Below are positions 8,046 to 16,805 of a stretch of 25,349 nt of DNA, piece after piece (within the stretch, counting starts at the first letter, position 1; the number at the start of each line of letters is the position of its first letter). This stretch comes from Bdellovibrionota bacterium (lineage in GTDB: Bacteria > Bdellovibrionota > UBA1018 > UBA923). The position numbers and the translations under genes are program-made. The notes under the pieces were generated by a model, which was not told the DNA's origin, did not search any database, and saw nothing but the letters and a program-made list of their open reading frames with translations. The DNA is taken from NCBI GenBank assembly GCA_040754655.1, contig JBFMCE010000056.1, forward strand, positions 1 to 25,349, read 5' to 3'.

Positions 8046-8798
8046 TCAAGTACCCTGGGAATTTACGCTTTTTACCGCGTGAGCGGTAGATGCGGCTTTG
8101 GTCCGACGGCCAAGGGCAAACCTAAAGAAGTCGACCAACATGCCAATAACGACATAGGCGAGACACATCACAAACAATGTGACTTCAGGTTTGACGGCGA
8201 TGAGGACTAGGGTGAGGATGCAAACAGCCAAAACCCCAAATGAATTCTCTTTACTGACTTTGAACTCCTTGAAGGAAGGAAAGCGAATCGTGCTGATCAT
8301 CAACGAAGCAAGCACCAAGATTACTGCAAGCATGTAGCTTTCTTTGGCGAACGTAAAGCCCATCTCTGTATAAAATATGACCGCCGTAGCGACGGTCGCA
8401 GCCGCAAGCGGGCTTGGCAGTCCTTGGAAATACTTCTTGGGAACGGCGTTTACCAAGACGTTAAATCTCGCCAAGCGCAACGCCGCGCAAACAACGTATA
8501 AAAAAGCCGCAAGCCATCCCAGTCTTCCAAATGGTTCTAAACACCAAAGATAAGTGACAAGCGCGGGTGCTACGCCAAAAGACAGGAGATCCGACAAGGA
8601 ATCATACTCTACCCCGAATGCGCTGGTAGCACGGGTCAAGCGAGCCACGCGTCCATCCATCGAGTCAAAAATCATCGCAACTAAGATCATCCAAGCAGCG
8701 GTCAAGAAGTTGCCATGAATCGCTACAACCACGGCGTAAAAGCCGCAGAACATGTTGGCTGTCGTAAAAAGATTCGGCAGAAAGTAGATCTTGCGCAC
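8046..8798 (-). CDS. pssA: CDP-diacylglycerol--serine O-phosphatidyltransferase
   Basis: LPNLFT, DSMDGRVAR...FGVEYDSLSDLLSFGVAP CDP-alcohol phosphotransferase motif, LRLARFN, FQGLPSP; adjacent to psd. Confidence 0.95.
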   Translation of the reverse strand: MRKIYFLPNLFTTANMFCGFYAVVVAIHGNFLTAAWMILVAMIFDSMDGRVARLTRATSAFGVEYDSLSDLLSFGVAPALVTYLWCLEPFGRLGWLAAFLYVVCAALRLARFNVLVNAVPKKYFQGLPSPLAAATVATAVIFYTEMGFTFAKESYMLAVILVLASLMISTIRFPSFKEFKVSKENSFGVLAVCILTLVLIAVKPEVTLFVMCLAYVVIGMLVDFFRFALGRRTKAASTAHAVKSVNSQGT

Positions 8799-8813
8799 GG
8801 ACCGGTCTCCTTT

Positions 8814-9518
8814 TTAGGCCTTACTCTTCAACCGTGCAAGTTTGGTCTCGCCTGCAACCGTCTTGTCACCGGGTTTCACTAAAACATCCGAATCCAAAGG
8901 AACGACTATTTCCATCCGAGAACCGAAACGAATCATCCCGTAACGCTCGCCGCAAGCAAGACGCTCGCCAGGACTCACATAACAAACGATGCGTCTGGCC
9001 ACAAAACCGGCGATCTGAACAAAAGCTATTTTCGAACCGAGATCTGATTTCATGACCACCCAGTTGTGTTCATTTTCCTCAGACGCTTTATCAAGATCGG
9101 CTTTGAAAAACTTGCCTTTCACATAACGAATGTCTTCAATCACCCCTTGAACAGGCGCACGGTTGACGTGCACATCAAATGGCGACATGAAAATGCTGAC
9201 CTTCTTGGCCCGAGGCTCAGAAATACGGCCACCCGCCACTTCTTCCACTTTCAAAACTCGTCCGCAAGCTGGTGAGATCACCGCCTGAAGGTCATCTTGC
9301 GGCGTATTCACCTTCGGACAGCGGTAGAACCAGATCGAAAAGGCAGTGAAGATCGAAAAAGCCCCGGTTGCGATTGCTGCCGGCAACCCATTGCCCTGGC
9401 CTGCTTCAAGTGCCCTCCACAGAACTCCGCTGGCGAGCGCCAAAACAAGACCGCCAAAAATATAGGGAAAGCCTTCAATTTGAATCGGTAAAGAATGGTT
9501 TTTAAGTACGCGCGTCAT
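8814..9518 (-). CDS. psd: Phosphatidylserine decarboxylase proenzyme
   Basis: ISPACGRV, SIFMSPFDVHVNRAP, ENEHN, QIAGFVARRI, self-cleavage motif RFGSR. Confidence 0.95.
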   Translation of the reverse strand: MTRVLKNHSLPIQIEGFPYIFGGLVLALASGVLWRALEAGQGNGLPAAIATGAFSIFTAFSIWFYRCPKVNTPQDDLQAVISPACGRVLKVEEVAGGRISEPRAKKVSIFMSPFDVHVNRAPVQGVIEDIRYVKGKFFKADLDKASEENEHNWVVMKSDLGSKIAFVQIAGFVARRIVCYVSPGERLACGERYGMIRFGSRMEIVVPLDSDVLVKPGDKTVAGETKLARLKSKA

Positions 9519-9556
9519 TTTTTCCTTTGCTAACTTTGATCATCATTTATTTTTCG

Positions 9557-9585
9557 ACTGTATCAACCTCTATCAAAGTGCGCAA
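9557..9585 (-). promoter_or_regulatory. Candidate sigma70 promoter for psd-pssA
   Basis: TTGCGC (9585-9580), 17-nt spacer, TG-n-TACAGT (9562-9557). Confidence 0.45.
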
Positions 9586-9593
9586 CATTGACC

Positions 9594-10355
9594 TCAAACC
9601 CGCTCTTTTAACAAGGAATCCAGTTTGATTTCAGCTTGAGATGGGCGCATATAATTGGCGTGAAGGTTGAAATAATCCTTAGTAGATTTTTCTAGGCCGC
9701 CTGACCGTACGGTCTCATTGACGACAAGCCGAAGCCCCTCACCCGTGCAGTACAAGGTGGAATCTTCGATCTCTATGGGCGGCATCGCGCGGGTTTGTTT
9801 GAGCTGTTCGTATTCCAGTTCTAACTGAGCTCGGTACACGCCAGCCCCTGTTCCACAAAAAACCATAAGGTTATTCTGATGGAGTGTCTCTGTCTTGCTA
9901 AAATGCTGTCGCATCCAGGCAGCAGGCTCAACGACTGACTCCGTCCAAGAAGATGCTACGCCTTGCCCTTCCCAGCCGATGAAGACTTGTTTTTGATAAG
10001 CATTTGCCATCGCTACGAGGCTCGCACTTTCATTGATTGCGCGTTTAGAAGACAGGGCAAGCGCGCGAAGGGAAGAAAAAGGCAGGATGGGTTTTTTCAG
10101 CACTTGAGCCAAAGCTTTCACAGTCGCGCACCCAATGCGCACTCCGGTAAATGAGCCAGGCCCTACTCCGATGGCAAACACATCGACACTCTTTAAATCA
10201 AGCTCGCCCGCTTTCAAGAGATCATCGAGTAGTGGAAGAAACCCCTCGCTATGCGCGACGGAAACGCTCCCCATCTTGGTCTGCACGCACTTCCCATCCT
10301 TGAGGAGCGCGATTGCCGCTTGAATCTGCGATGTATCGAAAGCTAAGACAACCAC
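9594..10355 (-). CDS. tsaB: tRNA threonylcarbamoyladenosine biosynthesis protein TsaB
   Basis: VLAFDTS, HSEGFLPLLD, GVGPGSFTGVRIG, SSLRALA, C-terminal NYMRPSQAE. Confidence 0.93.
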   Translation of the reverse strand: MVVLAFDTSQIQAAIALLKDGKCVQTKMGSVSVAHSEGFLPLLDDLLKAGELDLKSVDVFAIGVGPGSFTGVRIGCATVKALAQVLKKPILPFSSLRALALSSKRAINESASLVAMANAYQKQVFIGWEGQGVASSWTESVVEPAAWMRQHFSKTETLHQNNLMVFCGTGAGVYRAQLELEYEQLKQTRAMPPIEIEDSTLYCTGEGLRLVVNETVRSGGLEKSTKDYFNLHANYMRPSQAEIKLDSLLKERV

Positions 10356-10367
10356 GAAACACTTTCC

Positions 10368-12074
10368 TTACTGAAACATCTGGCGAAGTGCCGGCAGTCC
10401 TACCTTTGAAATATCATTGAAGAGCACAACCACTAGGAGCAAGACGATCAAGGATAGGCCAACCTGTTGAACAACTTCCGTTTGGCGGATGCTGATCGGA
10501 CGGCCCCGAATGACTTCGACAAGCAATAAGAAGATATGGCCGCCATCAAGTATTGGAATCGGAAGAATATTGAAGATGGCCAAACTAATGCTGATCAACG
10601 CCATGACTTTCAAGAACTGCGAGATCCCTCGCGACATGGAATCTCCAGCAAGCTTACCGATCAAGATCGGCCCACCAAGCGTGCCCACCGAAACTTGCCT
10701 GAAAAAGAGTTTCTTGATCGACACCAATGTTTTCGCCGAAAGATCCAGCGCGCGTGACCACGCTTGCACGGTCAAGGTCAGCGGATTGAAAATACGCTCA
10801 GAAAAAAGCAGCGGCTCTGCTTGAACAAACAGTGGATACACGCCGATCATGAATTGTTTGGTCTCATTGCCCGCCGCATCGCGAACTTCATTGGATGAGG
10901 GCTTTACTTCGGATCGAATCAGCTTGCCTTCTCGCTCTACAGTGAGTTCAAAACTGCCCTTTGATTTGCCTGACTTTTGAACTTGTTCTCTCAGGTCTTG
11001 AAACGTATCGAGGCGCTTCATATCTACCGAGACCAGCCTGTCGCCAGGCATCAATCCGGCAAGCTGCGAAGGAGAATCTTTCACCATCGTAGCGATAAAG
11101 AGCTCTGAAGAATAAATCCCCAATTGAGCCAACGGCTTCGCTGGAAGCGTTACTTCATGAGTAGATTGCTTTGAAGGTTGCGGTTTTGATTCTGGAAGCC
11201 AATAGGCAAGCTCGTGAGGCACGTAACCGACCTTGAATTCGGAAGCTCCTCTTTGAAGCTCGGCATTGGCGAATTCTTGCAACTCTTCCCAATTTTTAAC
11301 GGGCTTTCCGTTCAAAACAAGGATCTCATCGCCCGTTTTCAGGCCCGCTTTGCCCGCATCAGACTTTGGATTTGAAACACCAACGGTCGTATAACGTCCG
11401 ACACTATGAAGTCCTTCAATATCGCCAACCTCAATCGATTCGCCGTAGATACTAAACCCGGGCGTCGCTTGAGTCATGACTTTGATTTCCCTGACTTGAG
11501 ACTTTGGTTGCTCGGCAGAAGAAGGCGTCAGCGAACGCTTTACGCGAAACACCAATTCCTTGTTGGGCGACTCGGTCACAATGTGAGAAACTTCCTCGAA
11601 CTTCGTCACGACGTTTCGATCAATCGCGGTGATCACATCGCCCGAACGAAACCCAGCGACATAAGCTTGCGAGCCCGGAACCACTCTTCCAATAACCGGG
11701 GCCATGTGTTCTTCGCCGATGACCAAAATCAGAGCGAAAACAAAGATCGCGAAAAGAAAGTTAAAGAGAGGACCGCCTACGAATACGAGGAAACGCTTCC
11801 AAGCTTCTAGGTTATTCAGAGCGCGATGCCGCAAGTGCGGCTCAATCGTTTCTGTCGGATCTTGACCGTACAGTTTTACGTAGCCCCCTAATGGAACCAC
11901 CGAAAGGCAATATTCCGTCTCTCCCCAGGTTTTCTTGAATATCTTAGGGCCAAAGCCCATAGAAAACACATCCACCCTTACCTTGAATATCTTGGCAAAG
12001 AGGAAGTGCCCGAATTCATGCACAAAAACCAGTGGACCCAAAAGCAAAATAAAAGAAATGAGATAAAACAGCAT
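10368..12074 (-). CDS. rseP: RIP metalloprotease RseP (site-2 protease) with three PDZ-like repeats
   Basis: HEFGH zinc motif, FSMGFGP, PLGGYVKL, GGPLFN, NILPIPILDGGH. Start placed at ATG 12074 behind GAGGTG. Confidence 0.95.
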   Translation of the reverse strand: MLFYLISFILLLGPLVFVHEFGHFLFAKIFKVRVDVFSMGFGPKIFKKTWGETEYCLSVVPLGGYVKLYGQDPTETIEPHLRHRALNNLEAWKRFLVFVGGPLFNFLFAIFVFALILVIGEEHMAPVIGRVVPGSQAYVAGFRSGDVITAIDRNVVTKFEEVSHIVTESPNKELVFRVKRSLTPSSAEQPKSQVREIKVMTQATPGFSIYGESIEVGDIEGLHSVGRYTTVGVSNPKSDAGKAGLKTGDEILVLNGKPVKNWEELQEFANAELQRGASEFKVGYVPHELAYWLPESKPQPSKQSTHEVTLPAKPLAQLGIYSSELFIATMVKDSPSQLAGLMPGDRLVSVDMKRLDTFQDLREQVQKSGKSKGSFELTVEREGKLIRSEVKPSSNEVRDAAGNETKQFMIGVYPLFVQAEPLLFSERIFNPLTLTVQAWSRALDLSAKTLVSIKKLFFRQVSVGTLGGPILIGKLAGDSMSRGISQFLKVMALISISLAIFNILPIPILDGGHIFLLLVEVIRGRPISIRQTEVVQQVGLSLIVLLLVVVLFNDISKVGLPALRQMFQ

Positions 12075-12084
12075 GTTGCACCTC

Positions 12085-12113
12085 ATGCTAGCAACGATTG
12101 TAAGGCGTTTCAA
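12085..12113 (-). promoter_or_regulatory. Candidate internal sigma70 promoter for rseP
   Basis: TTGAAA (12113-12108), 17-nt spacer, TG-n-TAGCAT (12090-12085). Confidence 0.45.
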
Positions 12114-12124
12114 CCCTCATAGGG

Positions 12125-12991
12125 TCAGCTAAAGACCTTTACGCAAAAATACATGACTGGAAGGCTGTAAACGATGCCGTCAAAGCGGTCTAAGAATCCC
12201 CCGTGACCAGGCAAAATCGTTCCAGAATCTTTCAGGCCATAAGCACGTTTGAAAAAAGACTCACAGAGGTCGCCCACCTGAGAAACGACCCCGACAAGAA
12301 GTGGTGTTACAATTGCGCCAAACCATCCAAGTCCTTTGAAAACAATGAGCTTAAAGAGAAGCGAAGCTATAACGCTACCGATCAATCCTCCAGCAGCCCC
12401 CTCCAAGGTCTTACCAGGACTGATGAGAGGATAGAGTTTCTTTTGACCATATTTTCGTCCACAAAAATAAGCTGCGGTGTCACCTACCCATACGATCAAT
12501 AAAAACAAGAGGATCCAGCGTGACCCATTCAAACCGTCGCGTATGAGCGGCAAGAACGCGGTGAAACTCACAATCCAAACTAGAGAGAAGGTTGTGAAAA
12601 CAAATTCTTCAAAATGGCGTTTAAGCTCGCTTGTATGGCGGTCAGCCGTCGCAAGATAGTAACTAAAGAGGCCCATGAAAGCCAAAACCAAGCACTCCAA
12701 CATCGCTTTCGGGAAAAGCATGTTGACGAACATGAACAGCCAGGTAGTTCCGATGAGCGCCGTACGTTTTTCTTTTTTGTCAGGAAGCAGGTAAAAAATC
12801 TGGGAAAGTTCCCAACACATCGCGCCCGCAAGCACTGCAGCGACAATCGAGACGCCGATGTGTCCGCCAAGAGTAACGAGTGATAAAAAAACCACCCCAC
12901 CGGCTATGGCTGTTATGACTCGAGTTTTCGTTTCGTTGGATTTGGAAGGAACTTCATTTGTAGCGCCAAAGTCGTTCTCGCCCGATGTCAT
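12125..12991 (-). CDS. cdsA: Phosphatidate cytidylyltransferase
   Basis: WVGDTAAYFCGR, ISPGKTLEG, GDLCESFFKRAYGLKDSGTILPGHGGFLDRFD; multi-TM; ATGA overlap with uppS. Confidence 0.96.
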   Translation of the reverse strand: MTSGENDFGATNEVPSKSNETKTRVITAIAGGVVFLSLVTLGGHIGVSIVAAVLAGAMCWELSQIFYLLPDKKEKRTALIGTTWLFMFVNMLFPKAMLECLVLAFMGLFSYYLATADRHTSELKRHFEEFVFTTFSLVWIVSFTAFLPLIRDGLNGSRWILLFLLIVWVGDTAAYFCGRKYGQKKLYPLISPGKTLEGAAGGLIGSVIASLLFKLIVFKGLGWFGAIVTPLLVGVVSQVGDLCESFFKRAYGLKDSGTILPGHGGFLDRFDGIVYSLPVMYFCVKVFS

Positions 12992-13734
12992 GCCCTCGCC
13001 TCAATTTGTTCTGAGGTTAGCCCAAATCGTCGCTGTCGTCTCGCAAAACTATCAAGCGCCCTGCGAAAATCAGCAGGTCGAAAGTCCGGCCACATCGTGT
13101 CGGTGAAATAAAGCTCGGTATAAGCCATCTGCCAGAGCAAGAAATTCGAAATACGCTGTTCACCGCTGGTCCGGATGAGAAGATCCGGATCACCGATCTC
13201 AAGGGTCGAGAGTTCATCACTAAAACTCTGTTCCGAGATCTCTTCCGGCAGAATCTCACCGCTTAAGGCCTTGCGCGCAAGACGTTGCGCCACATGAACA
13301 AGCTCTTCACGCGCGCTGTACGAAAGAGCCAGAGTCACTTGCATGCCCGAATTCTGAGAAGAAATTTCTTCCGTTTCAGCGACAAGCTTTCGAATCGAGG
13401 TTGGCAATCTTTCGACCATCCCAATGGCGCGGAAACGGATGTTCTTTTCTAGAAGCTCTTGCCGCTCTCGATGCAACCATTTGTAGAGCAGGCGCATGAG
13501 CACGCTAACCTCTTCCACTGGCCTTCCCCAATTTTCATTTGAGAATGCATAGAGAGTAAGAACCTTGACCCCTTGCCGATCAGCCTCACGAATGATTTCA
13601 CGCACACGACCGCAACCTCGAATGTGGCCGAAGATGCGAGGACGTCCTCGCCGCTCCGCCCAACGCCCATTGCCATCCATGATGATGGCCACATGCCTTG
13701 GCACGGCTTTTAAGGGCTCGCCAAAAGTTCCCAT
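12988..13734 (-). CDS. uppS: Undecaprenyl diphosphate synthase (isoprenyl transferase)
   Basis: PRHVAIIMDGNGRWA, LYAFSNENWGRP, DPDLLIRTSGEQRISNFLLWQ, RRFG; TAATG overlap with frr. Confidence 0.97.
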   Translation of the reverse strand: MGTFGEPLKAVPRHVAIIMDGNGRWAERRGRPRIFGHIRGCGRVREIIREADRQGVKVLTLYAFSNENWGRPVEEVSVLMRLLYKWLHRERQELLEKNIRFRAIGMVERLPTSIRKLVAETEEISSQNSGMQVTLALSYSAREELVHVAQRLARKALSGEILPEEISEQSFSDELSTLEIGDPDLLIRTSGEQRISNFLLWQMAYTELYFTDTMWPDFRPADFRRALDSFARRQRRFGLTSEQIEARA

Positions 13735-14291
13735 TAGACGCTCATGATCTCCTTCTCTTTGGTAGCTAAAACTTTGTCTACCTCGGCCACGAACTCATCG
13801 GTCTTTTTCTGGACCTGTTCGGTGGCCTTTTTGGCGTCGTCTTCAGTCAGTTTCTTTTCTTTTTCGAACTTCTTGACTTGCTCGTTGGCTTCGCGCCGTT
13901 CGTTCCGAAGCGCAATCTTGCACTCTTCACCAAGTTTCTTCGTGAACTTCACAAGTTCTTTTCTACGTTCTTCAGTCAGCATGGGCAGAGGGACCCGAAT
14001 GATCTTACCGTCGTTCTGAGGGTTCAATCCAAGATCTGCCACCAGGATCGCCTTTTCGATGGCCTGAAGCATGCCCGCTTCCCAAGGTTGAATCTGAATC
14101 AACCTGGGTTCAGGGCAGCTTACTGAAGCCACCTGATTGATCGGCATTTCCGACCCGTAATAGTCCACTCGAACTCCGTCCAAAAGAGCTGGAGTAGCCC
14201 TACCTGTGCGTACCTTGGTCAGTTCAGTCCGAAAGTTGCCAAGGGTCTTCGTCATACGCTCATGCAGCGCATCGATTACCTGTTTAGTCAT
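13734..14291 (-). CDS. frr: Ribosome recycling factor
   Basis: VRTGRATPALLD..VDYYG, LGLNPQNDG, LTEERRKELVK, KEKEIMSV; 185 aa. Confidence 0.98.
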   Translation of the reverse strand: MTKQVIDALHERMTKTLGNFRTELTKVRTGRATPALLDGVRVDYYGSEMPINQVASVSCPEPRLIQIQPWEAGMLQAIEKAILVADLGLNPQNDGKIIRVPLPMLTEERRKELVKFTKKLGEECKIALRNERREANEQVKKFEKEKKLTEDDAKKATEQVQKKTDEFVAEVDKVLATKEKEIMSV

Positions 14292-14324
14292 TTTTCCTCC
14301 CCTTAAAGGGCGCTATTTGGAACC

Positions 14325-14960
14325 TTAACTCAGGTCCGAAGCAGAAGAGTTCAACCCTTCACCAAGCGAGAACCGAACGAACCTACGAATATTGATGTTC
14401 TCACCAATTTTCGCAACCATCTCAGTCGTAAGCTGAGCAATGGTCTTGTTCGGATCTTTTACGAAAGACTGATTCACCAAACAGATTTCGTCAAAGAACT
14501 TTTTAACTTTTCCTTCAACGATTTTTTCCAAAACTTGCGCAGGCTTGTTTGAGTTCTTAGGATCCTGCTTCAACTGGGCGACAAAGATTTCCTTTTCTTT
14601 CTCTACCATTTGAGCGGGCACTTCTTCAGGCCTGACGTATTGCGGGTTCGCCGCAGCGATATGCATCGCAACATCACGAACGAAACCCTGAAATTGCTCA
14701 TTTCGCGCCACAAAGTCGGTCTCGCAATTGATCTCCACAAGCACGCCGATCTTTCCACCTCCATGGATATAGCTTGTGACAACACCTTCAGTCGCCGCAC
14801 GCCCTGCCTTCTTGGCCGCAGCCGAAAGCCCCTTTTTGCGCAAATACTCGACGGCTTTCTCAAAGTCACCTTGGGTTTCCACAAGGGCCTTCTTGCAGTC
14901 CATCATTCCCGCGCCAGTTTTTTCGCGTAGATCTTTAACCTGATTTGATGAAATTTCCAT
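14325..14960 (-). CDS. tsf: Elongation factor Ts (short form)
   Basis: [42 protein letters not shown]; 211 aa. Confidence 0.98.
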   Translation of the reverse strand: MEISSNQVKDLREKTGAGMMDCKKALVETQGDFEKAVEYLRKKGLSAAAKKAGRAATEGVVTSYIHGGGKIGVLVEINCETDFVARNEQFQGFVRDVAMHIAAANPQYVRPEEVPAQMVEKEKEIFVAQLKQDPKNSNKPAQVLEKIVEGKVKKFFDEICLVNQSFVKDPNKTIAQLTTEMVAKIGENINIRRFVRFSLGEGLNSSASDLS

Positions 14961-14986
14961 TTTACTTTACTTCCTCGCTATCCGTT

Positions 14987-15880
14987 TCAAGTAGTTGAAG
15001 TGGTTGGAGCGGTTTCGGTAGCCGCAGCTTCCGTCTCACCTTCAACCTCGGTCTCAGAAGCAGCGGCCTCAAGCTCGGCTTCGTCCGGACCGCGCAAGTC
15101 GATGTCGCCTTCAAAACGAGAAACCTTCTTGTCTTCGCTAGAATCTTCTTTTGCAAGTTGCGCTGCGAGGTGTTCATCCGCTTTCAGTTTTTCTTGGAAA
15201 GCTCTGGCGCCTTCGATGCAGCTCTCTGCAATGAGGTGTGAGAAAAGTTTAATCGCCCGAATCGCGTCGTCATTGCCTGGAATGACATAATCGATGTCAT
15301 CAGGATCACAATTGGTATCCACAACAGCGATCGTAGGAATGCCTAGCTTCTTCGCTTCCTTCACAGCGATGTGTTCCTTCATAGGATCAATCACAAACAT
15401 CGCGCCGGGAAGCTTTTTCATGTCTTTAATACCGCCAAGAGAAGCTTCGAGCTTTTCGATTTCGCGACCGATCATCGATTGCTCTTTCTTTGTCAATGCT
15501 TCGAAATCTTCGCCTGCCTTCAAGGTTTCAAGACGCTTCAAGCGGTCAATAGAAGCTTTGATCGTTTGGTAATTGGTGAGCGTTCCGCCCAACCAACGGT
15601 TGGCTACGTAGTTTTGCCCGGACCTCACCGCTTCTTCGATGACCACGTCTTTTGCTTGCTTCTTTGTGCCCACGAAAAGAAGGCGCTTGCCTTCTGCAGT
15701 GATTTTTTGGGCAAATGCGCAAGCTTCGCGCGCATGTTGCACGGTTTTTTGAAGATCGATGATATAAATGCCGTTTCGGGCACCAAAAACATACGACTTC
15801 ATCTTGGGATTCCACCGGCTCGTTTGATGGCCAAAGTGCACACCAGCTTCCAGCAATTCTTTCATTGTTACATTAGGCAT
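14987..15880 (-). CDS. rpsB: 30S ribosomal protein S2 with acidic C-terminal tail
   Basis: [43 protein letters not shown]. Confidence 0.98.
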   Translation of the reverse strand: MPNVTMKELLEAGVHFGHQTSRWNPKMKSYVFGARNGIYIIDLQKTVQHAREACAFAQKITAEGKRLLFVGTKKQAKDVVIEEAVRSGQNYVANRWLGGTLTNYQTIKASIDRLKRLETLKAGEDFEALTKKEQSMIGREIEKLEASLGGIKDMKKLPGAMFVIDPMKEHIAVKEAKKLGIPTIAVVDTNCDPDDIDYVIPGNDDAIRAIKLFSHLIAESCIEGARAFQEKLKADEHLAAQLAKEDSSEDKKVSRFEGDIDLRGPDEAELEAAASETEVEGETEAAATETAPTTSTT

Positions 15881-15944
15881 ATTTCAATTTCCTCCGACCT
15901 TCTTATTGAAGGCTTACTTTTGGTTTAGACGCCTGGCAGCGTCT

Positions 15945-16020
15945 GCCTCCACCCCACAAACCGGCCTTCTTCTTCTAAAGAAAACCAGCACCAAAGTTTC
16001 ATATGGCGGGATGTGTGTTG
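15945..16020 (-). ncRNA. rpsB 5' leader (t44 / S2 autoregulatory element)
   Basis: Minus strand reads CAACACACAT...TTTGGTGCTGG...CCGGTTTGTGGGGTGGAGGC. This gives the ACACAC, GGTGC and GTGGAGG motifs of rpsB leaders in the expected order and position. Confidence 0.75.
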
Positions 16021-16038
16021 TTAATAAAAACTTGAGTT

Positions 16039-16067
16039 CTTCTAACAAGATTCTTCTTGCCATGCAA
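16039..16067 (-). promoter_or_regulatory. Candidate rpsB operon promoter
   Basis: TTGCAT (16067-16062), 17-nt spacer, TG-n-TAGAAG (16044-16039), just upstream of the leader. Confidence 0.4.
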
Positions 16068-16161
16068 TGGGGTTTTTACTGCAAAACACCCGACAAGGGA
16101 TATGAGAACGAGGGACAGCTTTTGCAATCAACGGCCGAATCAGATAAAAGCCCTCGGGTAT

Positions 16162-16683
16162 ATGGAAACCCGCCTTTTGGTACTAGCATTCTTCCTTATT
16201 CTCTTCGGCTCCCCTAACTCTAGCTCATACGGCTGCGAGAGGCTTTTAAACGAAGCTGCCCAACACGATCAGGATACGGTTTTTGATGCCCAGGCTTTGG
16301 CTACCAAAGTAATTGGCACGCAACGAGACACAGCGAAAGAACTGGCCTCGCGCGGAATCTCGTTTTTGGTCACGGCAAGTCTCTCTTCGACAGAGAAAAT
16401 CGCGCTTTGGAAAGCGATGGTACCTCTCATCAGAAGCCTTGCATCAGAGCGATGGAACAGCGAATATTTTTCGGGGAAAAATGGGGAGGCCATTTTCGTC
16501 GGAGAAGGAAACGACGCACTCGTCATTCCGCAATCTGGAATAAATGCTGGCCGGGTTTTTCGGGGGAAGATCGATCTTATTGACCATTATGAAGCCCTAA
16601 CGAAAGGCTACTTTCGCCCTAAGCTTCATGGAGACGGACTAAACGGTTTACGTTGGCTGGATCCAGACAAGAAGCCGAAATAA
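16162..16683 (+). CDS. Hypothetical secreted protein (173 aa)
   Basis: ATG 16162 gives a signal-like METRLLVLAFFLILFGSPNSSSYG followed by CERLL; no family recognised. Confidence 0.65.
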   Translation: METRLLVLAFFLILFGSPNSSSYGCERLLNEAAQHDQDTVFDAQALATKVIGTQRDTAKELASRGISFLVTASLSSTEKIALWKAMVPLIRSLASERWNSEYFSGKNGEAIFVGEGNDALVIPQSGINAGRVFRGKIDLIDHYEALTKGYFRPKLHGDGLNGLRWLDPDKKPK

Positions 16684-16805
16684 TCAAAACATTTTTAATA
16701 CGTTTTTCTTCCGGCACCACAGGTGGCAAGCGCCATCTCACTTAATTATTGCAGTGCGTCAATATTTTAGATAAAACTCATCTGTTTTCTTAGGAAGAGG
16801 TTTAT

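Noticed and set aside
14325..15180. Short EF-Ts and acidic S2 tail as signs of truncation or frameshift
   Set aside because: Short EF-Ts of about 200 aa and acidic S2 extensions are both common; all core motifs are intact.
16057..16161. Upstream extension of the 208-aa ORF
   Set aside because: It overlaps the rpsB promoter region and buries the signal peptide; ATG 16162 is more plausible.
16712..16738. CGGCACCA (same as the tRNA-Leu 3' end) followed by a small hairpin, as a possible att site
   Set aside because: Only 8 bp, and inverted relative to the tRNA, whereas att duplications are direct repeats. A match this short is plausible by chance in a few kb.
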